Assembly (NCBI GenBank): GCA_964484415.1
Contig: CAZAHQ010000001.1
Span: 1-30,137 of the forward strand
Direction: 5' to 3'
DNA from: an uncultured Acidobacteriota bacterium
Lineage (GTDB): Bacteria > Acidobacteriota > Polarisedimenticolia > J045
Length of the DNA: 30,137 bases
The notes beneath the pieces were generated by a model, which did no database searches, had not been told where the DNA came from, and saw nothing but the letters and a program-made list of their open reading frames with translations. The translations under genes and the position numbers were made by a program. Positions 24,035 through 30,137 of this stretch are shown one piece after another. The number at the start of each line of letters is the position of its first letter. The first letter of the stretch is position 1.

Positions 24035-27000
24035 TTACGGTGTTGCCGGTGTTGTCTGCTGCACGTCGGCCGGCTTCGTCGTTGTGACGTCGAGCACGCC
24101 CCACATGCCGCCTTCGAGTTGTGTGTCGCCGACTTCGCGCATCAACCACGAGCCGATATTGCTGTCCTTGCTTCCTGCCCCGTAGTTGATTACGAGGTCC
24201 TTGTGAATCGAGACCGATAACCCGGCGATCGCACCCAACGTCATCGAGGGTGTGAACGATGGTTCGTTCGGGAAAGTGTGGCCCGCCAGTGCGAACGAGT
24301 GCTGGCGTGCCCTACCATCCGGCTGAAGGATGCGCAGTCGAACTTTTTCACCACGCTGCGCAGTGAACTTCGGCGTCTCGGGAGTTCCGTTGAAGCTCTG
24401 GAATACGTCGCGTTGCTGTTGCAGGTTGAGCACGCAGTACGGGTCGTTCACACAACCTGCGATACGCGACCAGAACGGCTCGGTCTTGTAGCTCCAGGCG
24501 CGATTGCCTTGATCTTCGGGATCGGCCTGACGGCACGCGTTGACTCCCGGTGGAACTGGCGGGTGGAAGCCGAGGAAAACTTCGTTATCCGGAATGCATC
24601 CGCCCCCTGTGGCGTAGTTTCGTAGGTTCAGGCCGTCTTGATAGAACAGGACGAAGTCGCGGAAATCGGTATTGCCGGAGCCAAGATTGGCCTTCATCAA
24701 TACGCCCTGCCCATGCCGCGGGTAGTTCCCTCCTGGTGGATTGTCATAGCCGGGTGGTTCAAGGATCAGACCACCGATCAATCCTTGCGACCCGTGCTTC
24801 ATGACGTCGCCGTAGTCGCGTAGGTTGGCTGCACCGAGCGATTCAGGGCCGGCGACCGGAATACTTCCTGGATCGCGCGGAGCGCTGAGGTCGGTCGGCA
24901 CGTACCAGCGGTAGGTGTAAGCGTGGTTGCGCCGTACGGTCTGATCGGGATTGAAGCCGACGGCGGTCCCGTCTCCAGTGCGTACGTTGAAATCAGCCAG
25001 TTGCGGGTGGAGCGAAACACGACGCGAGGGTCGCAGGTCGTCGGCGTTCATGCTGACGATTCCCGGGAAGACTGCATCGTCATTGCGATCCGGAATATTG
25101 CGGGGCAGTCGATTGGTAAGCCTGACCGCCAGACACTCACCCGGATTGGCACGAATCACCAACGGCTCCGGTGCTTTCAGCCCAGCCTGCACCGCTGCAA
25201 CATCAGCATCCGGCACAAAGACCAGACCGGTTGGATCCTTGATGCTCTCGCGACCGTTGTACGTGATTGACTTGGCAATCGCTGTCACAGGAACTGAGAT
25301 CACCGGTGCCGTACCCGGGCACGGACTTGGATCGGTTGGGTTTGGCGACAGGCAGGAGTAGCCGGTTGATACCGGGTCTTGGTAGGGCACTGCTGGCAGC
25401 GATGCACAGGTACTCCCCGGGAGTGGTTTCAACTTGGTGTGACAGTCTTTGTACACACGGAGCATTCCCCAATCACCGTTCCACAGATCGTCTGCGGCTT
25501 GTCCGCCGAACAGATAGTCAGAGAAGCACTGCCGTCTGCGTTTGCGCTCGGTGTAGCGGTTCTCGGGATTAGGTTCACGCGCGTTCTCGTACGTATCGAC
25601 TTCATCACCAGCGTCGAGCTTGTTGAACAGCGTGCTGTCGGTGTAGATGCGGTCGACCGCCTGGTCGGCCTTGCTCACCTTGTTCACTGTGCCGTCGGGC
25701 TCGAGTTCGGTATCGAGACGCGCGTTGAGAGCCCGCTTGACCGCGTCTGGCCCAGGATCGGTCGGATCGGTAACGGCCAGGGCAGCCAAGGCACCATCGG
25801 TGGTCTTGTCAGCCGTGAACGGACCCATCAGGTCGAGGCGTGTTTCCCACGCCATCTCGTCCATCTCCGCATCCGTGATGCGGCGCGTGGCCGGGCAGGC
25901 GTAGGGTGCGCGAGCAACGAACTCGAAATGCTCCGAGATACCGACCGCTTGTGCTGCACGGTACCCTGACTTCGGTTCGCTCGGCTCGAACGGCCAGCGG
26001 AAGCCGTTGATGGCGAACGAATGCTGCTCCTCTTGAGCACCCTGAATCAGTCGGAACTTGACTGAGTCACCTTCGTAGGCCATGAACAGCGGCGTCCATG
26101 GGTCACGCCCTTGCACGCAGCTGGAGAAGACATTCGCCATGTCTCCCTTGGCGCCGCCCGCCTGGGTCGCCCCATGGTCGTTGGAGATACGCAACGGGAT
26201 TGGATCGTTGCGATAGTTGAGTAGCATCGATCCCGGGTCCTCGGACGAAAGTGCTTCGGGGACGTCGGGAGGATTGATCGGATTGCCGTTACTGTCGTAC
26301 AGCAACGCGAAATCGGCGATGGCAAGCGAGTACTCGCGGAAGTGGTCGAGTTTCTTGTCTCCGTCGATGTCACCGCTTCCACCGATGATGATGTCGGCAT
26401 CAGGACGCGTCGGACCACCGTCCGAGGCGCGTGTACCGAGCTGCGTACCGGTATACGGATCTTTCCAGATCGTCGGGGTGGCCAGGCTCGTGACCGGCTC
26501 GATGATCAGCGCGCCATAAAAGCCGTGCTGCTGAATCGTCGAAGCGCCGAAGTGATCGTGCGTGAATACGGTACGCAGAGTTCGGTCGAGACCGCCTTTG
26601 TTGAGAAGCGGATCGGCATACCAGCGCTGCACCGTCGTCTGTGCACCAAGCGCTTCCATACCGGCCAATCCCGGGAACGCTGGATTGTTGACCGGGGCAT
26701 AGGTTGGTGTTCCGAGGAATGCGTTGTAGGCATTGATCCGCTGTTGAACCTCCTCATTCGAGAAGGTGCCGTCCTCGTAGTTCCATCCGTTGCCCGATCC
26801 ATCCGACGCAGTGACATCGAACTTGACCAAGTGTATGTGCTGGCCGATGGTGTCGGTCGGTAGACAGACCTGGAAAGCATCCTCCTTGAGCTCGGTGGGC
26901 GTGAGATTGGAGTGATGGAAGTTGATGCACTCGCCTGAATTTGCGCGAATGAAGAATGGATCGGCCTTGACGGAGTCGTTCGCCGTCCAGTGCATGCGAC

Positions 27001-29101
27001 CAGCGCTCGTTCCGGCGCTCGTAACGAGAGCCGTCACGTCGTCGTTGAGAACGTTGAGGCGCCCCTGTGCGTCGTGCCACTTGTCCTCGTTGGCGCGCAG
27101 GTTGATTTGAATCGCCGCCGCACGATACTCGCGCGTTGGTGTGCCCGCTGGACAAGGATCGGCAAACGGTGCGCCGCCGATGGCCGGCCGACCGTTGACT
27201 TTGAAGATCGCTCCGGTAGTGGTGCCATTGGGATACTGCGTAGGGAAACCCGCTGCGGTAGCGTGGAAGGTCATTGCACCCTGCTCGAGCGTGGTTCCTG
27301 CGGTCGGGATCAGCTTGAGGTTGGCCTTCTCCCACGACTGACAGAACATCAGGTTCGGATCTTGCATGTTGTTTGCCGTCTTGTTTCCGCTCAGCACGAT
27401 GTGCCGCGGCAGTCCGCCGGTTTGTTCCAGATCGAGCGGAGCTTGCGGTGGACGATGGCCGGCCACAGCGCCCGCTGCACCGCCCATGAAGAACGGATAT
27501 CCCGGCACTGTCGCGGTCGGCCACGGAGCGAGCGCCACACCAGGGATCGGCATGACTGCCGGATTCGGTGTGCCGCTTGGATAGGCGACCGTATCTCCGT
27601 CGGGTAGGTTGCGCGACGCCGAGCCATCCTCGAAGACATCGTGATTGCGCCACAACTCCCACATCCCCTGGGCAAAGTGTGGATACAGATGGCAATGGAA
27701 GATCGCATCACCGACGGTTCGGTTTCTGTTGCCGCCGCCGCCCCACATGATGTCGTAGTCATACGCGGTTCCCGGCCCGACGGTTTGCGAGTCGAGGTAG
27801 GTGCTGTTGTCACCGAGTCGTTCGTGTAACCACTGATGGGCGTGCAAATGGAAAATGTGCGTTTCGAACGGACCGGCGTGGAGATTGCGGAAACGCACCG
27901 GATCGTTGATGTACGAGTGATGAACATTCGAAGGGTCGCTCGGGAACTGCGTGAGCAGCGCCGGATCGCCATTGGCCCACGAAGTCAGGAAGAACTCCTC
28001 ATAAACACATTCCGGACAGTTCTTGGCGGGCCCCGTATTGTTCATCTTCGACAGCAGGATCGGGCCGATGCCCGACGAGCCGTAGTTGATGCCGAAGCCA
28101 TCGCGCGTCGGATGGAAGCGCTTACGATTCTCTTCTGTGCAGGCAGGGATCTGACCGGCGGGATAGGGGCCGCCTTCTCCAGCCGGATTGAGTACGCAGT
28201 AGTTGTGAACCGTCTTCAACTCGTCATGGAAGATCACAACGAACTCGCGAAACTTCCCGCAGCTCGCTCCAGTCGGCACCGTCGTGCAGTCTTGGTTGAC
28301 GTTGTCGATGATGGCGTTGATCTCGGAGAATCGGATCTTGTTCGTGCCGTCGAGAATCTTGACGATCGGTTTCGAGGCCGCATCCAGCTTGTTGTAGTCG
28401 AACGAGTAGACCAGCGGGTTCTTCGTTACGAGCGTTCGCACCGAGTTCATCTCGGAGCCGGTCAACTGGCTGCGATACCAGATCGATCCCGCAGGCTCGA
28501 CCACGATGGTGCCGAACAGTCCGTGCACGGTGCTACCGCCGTCCCCTTCACCACCAGCAAGTGCCGCTTGGCTATAGACCAGGTAGCTCCCTTCCTTGTC
28601 GGCGTACCAGGAATAAGTGATCGGCGTATTGCTCGGCGCGATCGTGGTATTGGCATTGCTCCCGGCCCAGCCGCCGTCGGAAGCGGTGTCGTAGACCATG
28701 CCGTTGACGTGCATCGATGCCCACCGATCGGCGGGGGCATCGGTACTGGGTGCCGGGGACTTGAGCCAGTTGTAGAACGTGACTTGCAAGCAGTCACCGA
28801 CGTTCGCTCGCAGTACAAGCGGCCGAGGTCGTTTGCTCGAAATGAGTTTGGCGTTGCCCGGCCCGGGCACGGTGCCCGTAGCGGCAACGACGTCCTCCTT
28901 CAGGGCGTACATCATCCCGACCGGGTTGATCGATCCGTAGCGGTTGTAGGTGATCACCTGGTCGAACGCTACGACATCCGCTCTGACGGTACGCAGTGCA
29001 GAGTTGCAGCTCGCGGTGGCGGCGTGCTCGGCCGTCGTGGTCAGTCCCACGACCGCGAGTAGCCCCAGGGTCCAACGCATGATCGGTGGTCCATGGCGCA
29101 T
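24035..29101 (-). CDS. mnxG: Large multicopper oxidase, MnxG-type (putative Mn(II) oxidase)
   Basis: 1688 aa; strong GGAGGAGG RBS; signal peptide. Cu motifs HIFHLHAHQW (aa ~415), HCHLYPHFAQGM (~469), HIH (~755), FTHDH (~848), in the permuted order I recall for MnxG. Further degenerate cupredoxin motifs (MHVNG, QHSFAING, SLHPQL, QHSFALAGH). The symbol is a family-level call. Confidence 0.85.
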   Translation of the reverse strand: MRHGPPIMRWTLGLLAVVGLTTTAEHAATASCNSALRTVRADVVAFDQVITYNRYGSINPVGMMYALKEDVVAATGTVPGPGNAKLISSKRPRPLVLRANVGDCLQVTFYNWLKSPAPSTDAPADRWASMHVNGMVYDTASDGGWAGSNANTTIAPSNTPITYSWYADKEGSYLVYSQAALAGGEGDGGSTVHGLFGTIVVEPAGSIWYRSQLTGSEMNSVRTLVTKNPLVYSFDYNKLDAASKPIVKILDGTNKIRFSEINAIIDNVNQDCTTVPTGASCGKFREFVVIFHDELKTVHNYCVLNPAGEGGPYPAGQIPACTEENRKRFHPTRDGFGINYGSSGIGPILLSKMNNTGPAKNCPECVYEEFFLTSWANGDPALLTQFPSDPSNVHHSYINDPVRFRNLHAGPFETHIFHLHAHQWLHERLGDNSTYLDSQTVGPGTAYDYDIMWGGGGNRNRTVGDAIFHCHLYPHFAQGMWELWRNHDVFEDGSASRNLPDGDTVAYPSGTPNPAVMPIPGVALAPWPTATVPGYPFFMGGAAGAVAGHRPPQAPLDLEQTGGLPRHIVLSGNKTANNMQDPNLMFCQSWEKANLKLIPTAGTTLEQGAMTFHATAAGFPTQYPNGTTTGAIFKVNGRPAIGGAPFADPCPAGTPTREYRAAAIQINLRANEDKWHDAQGRLNVLNDDVTALVTSAGTSAGRMHWTANDSVKADPFFIRANSGECINFHHSNLTPTELKEDAFQVCLPTDTIGQHIHLVKFDVTASDGSGNGWNYEDGTFSNEEVQQRINAYNAFLGTPTYAPVNNPAFPGLAGMEALGAQTTVQRWYADPLLNKGGLDRTLRTVFTHDHFGASTIQQHGFYGALIIEPVTSLATPTIWKDPYTGTQLGTRASDGGPTRPDADIIIGGSGDIDGDKKLDHFREYSLAIADFALLYDSNGNPINPPDVPEALSSEDPGSMLLNYRNDPIPLRISNDHGATQAGGAKGDMANVFSSCVQGRDPWTPLFMAYEGDSVKFRLIQGAQEEQHSFAINGFRWPFEPSEPKSGYRAAQAVGISEHFEFVARAPYACPATRRITDAEMDEMAWETRLDLMGPFTADKTTDGALAALAVTDPTDPGPDAVKRALNARLDTELEPDGTVNKVSKADQAVDRIYTDSTLFNKLDAGDEVDTYENAREPNPENRYTERKRRRQCFSDYLFGGQAADDLWNGDWGMLRVYKDCHTKLKPLPGSTCASLPAVPYQDPVSTGYSCLSPNPTDPSPCPGTAPVISVPVTAIAKSITYNGRESIKDPTGLVFVPDADVAAVQAGLKAPEPLVIRANPGECLAVRLTNRLPRNIPDRNDDAVFPGIVSMNADDLRPSRRVSLHPQLADFNVRTGDGTAVGFNPDQTVRRNHAYTYRWYVPTDLSAPRDPGSIPVAGPESLGAANLRDYGDVMKHGSQGLIGGLILEPPGYDNPPGGNYPRHGQGVLMKANLGSGNTDFRDFVLFYQDGLNLRNYATGGGCIPDNEVFLGFHPPVPPGVNACRQADPEDQGNRAWSYKTEPFWSRIAGCVNDPYCVLNLQQQRDVFQSFNGTPETPKFTAQRGEKVRLRILQPDGRARQHSFALAGHTFPNEPSFTPSMTLGAIAGLSVSIHKDLVINYGAGSKDSNIGSWLMREVGDTQLEGGMWGVLDVTTTKPADVQQTTPATP

Positions 29102-29153
29102 GTTGAGTCCTCCTCCCTCTCTTCAGTTTCCTGCGCTCGGCGTGGTGGTGTTC

Positions 29154-29170
29154 TGCAACAACGATGCCCA
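29154..29170 (-). promoter_or_regulatory. Sigma-54 (-24/-12) promoter of the multicopper oxidase
   Basis: Minus strand TGGGCATCGTTGTTGCA: GGCA-N6-TTGCA with exact GG-N10-GC spacing. Predicted start site about 40 nt upstream of ATG 29101. Confidence 0.65.
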
Positions 29171-29473
29171 CGGCTCGCGCGAACCGCGCGCCGCACTCCG
29201 GATCAGCTAAGCGGCTGCAATGCCGCGGTTTGTAGACTTGGGGAAGGCAGCGGGTCGCTGCTCGAGTGCGAGTGACCTCGGGGCGCCTGGGTCGTTTCCG
29301 GCCGCACCGATCAGAGTGTTGGTCGATCTACGGCCTTCTCAACGCGCCGGCGATCAACGGCTCGTTCTTGAGAATCGATTCGCGCGTGAGCAGTTAGGGA
29401 CGTGGTTGGTGGATCGCTGCCCGAAGAGCAGCGTCGATGAGAGACAGGCCTACAGCTTGGAAATCCTGATCGA

Positions 29474-30136
29474 TCAGCGGTCGGATCTCGCCTTTGCCAC
29501 TCTTGTTTGCGCTACCGACCCCGAAGCGAGACGAGCTACATGGACTTCGCGCGCGCCGTCGTGACGGTTGGCGCTGAAAGTGATGTTCTGCCCTGAGGGA
29601 ACGGCGAAGCGTTGAAGCGTCATGAGTGCGGCGCCGAGTCGATCCGCGGTGAGCTCCCGCCCCGCTCTCCGTAACGCTTCGAGAGCGACCGCCGCGGTAT
29701 CCATCGCAAACAAGCATGTGGGCGCCTGAAGCGGCCCAAAACCCTGTGCGCGGCAAGTGCTCAACGCAGATGTGCGTCGCGCGAGATCGGGGGTGCGTTG
29801 CGATCCGGCTGAGACAACCAGTAGGTCAGGCCGCATCGTTTTGTCCGCGAGGGTACGTGCATCGAGCGAAGCTGAGAGCGTGATTGTCTGGCCGCTGAAC
29901 GCTACCCGGCGAAGCTCTCGAAGAATCTGCGATGTCACCGCCGGATCAGCGAGCAACACTACGAGACTCGGGCTGCCTGCTTGTAGCCCTGTGATCAGCC
30001 TCGCGGCGTCAAGACCCTCCGGCTCGACCTCAGTCAGCGCCCAGTCTGCTTTCGACTCGGTGGCCTCGCTTGTCAACAGGTGACGCCAGGTTTCGACCCA
30101 ACTGCCGCGCTGCGCGAGAACTGTCACGGCACCACG
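29474..30136 (-). CDS. C-terminal part of a type-1 periplasmic-binding-protein-like protein (branched-chain amino acid SBP-like); partial, starts beyond the right edge
   Basis: Frame stays open to the window edge; VALEALRRAGRELTADRLGAALMTL...ITFSANRHDG resembles the C-terminus of LivJ-like SBP domains. Confidence 0.7.
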   Translation of the reverse strand, partial: RGAVTVLAQRGSWVETWRHLLTSEATESKADWALTEVEPEGLDAARLITGLQAGSPSLVVLLADPAVTSQILRELRRVAFSGQTITLSASLDARTLADKTMRPDLLVVSAGSQRTPDLARRTSALSTCRAQGFGPLQAPTCLFAMDTAAVALEALRRAGRELTADRLGAALMTLQRFAVPSGQNITFSANRHDGAREVHVARLASGSVAQTRVAKARSDR

Positions 30137-30137
30137 C

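Noticed and set aside
27836-29062. 408-aa plus-strand ORF and other long ORFs overlapping 24035..29101
   Set aside because: Antisense or alternate-frame shadows of the multicopper oxidase, expected in high-GC DNA.
1-30137. tRNA, rRNA, CRISPR arrays, riboswitches
   Set aside because: None recognised by eye. A covariance-model search (Infernal/Rfam) would be needed to exclude small ncRNAs in the 1297-1596 and 29171-29473 spacers.

Overview
GC-rich bacterial DNA with about 21 intact or partial protein-coding genes. There are no rRNA, tRNA or CRISPR features. Sequence style loosely suggests Acidobacteriota (inference only). Left to right: a multiheme c-type cytochrome missed by the ORF track (at least 16 CxxCH, runs off the left edge); an orphan flavin-dependent halogenase divergent from a split-barrel FMN protein; rsgA; a YheT-type hydrolase; a TPR-fused polyferredoxin membrane protein; a secreted Cys-rich protein whose core may be a divergent lysyl-oxidase-like domain; an IS256 relic; a beta-helix protein; an RMD1 protein; a GAF plus RsbW-like kinase; an Arg-rich Tat substrate; a sigma-54 response regulator translationally coupled to an unusual sensor (7 FG-GAP/VCBS repeats + ASPIC/UnbV + TM + HATPase); a sigma-54-promoter-driven DUF2846-like/OmpW pair; and a 1688-aa MnxG-type multicopper oxidase with its own sigma-54 promoter, a downstream SCO chaperone and an upstream periplasmic-binding-protein-like gene. 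Several spacers hold decayed gene fragments (methyltransferase, STAS, ABC ATPase, CotH). The best candidates for new biology are the MnxG-like locus with sigma-54 control, the beta-propeller sensor kinase system, and the LOX-like secreted protein. All family assignments come from motif recognition and recall; no database searches were run.
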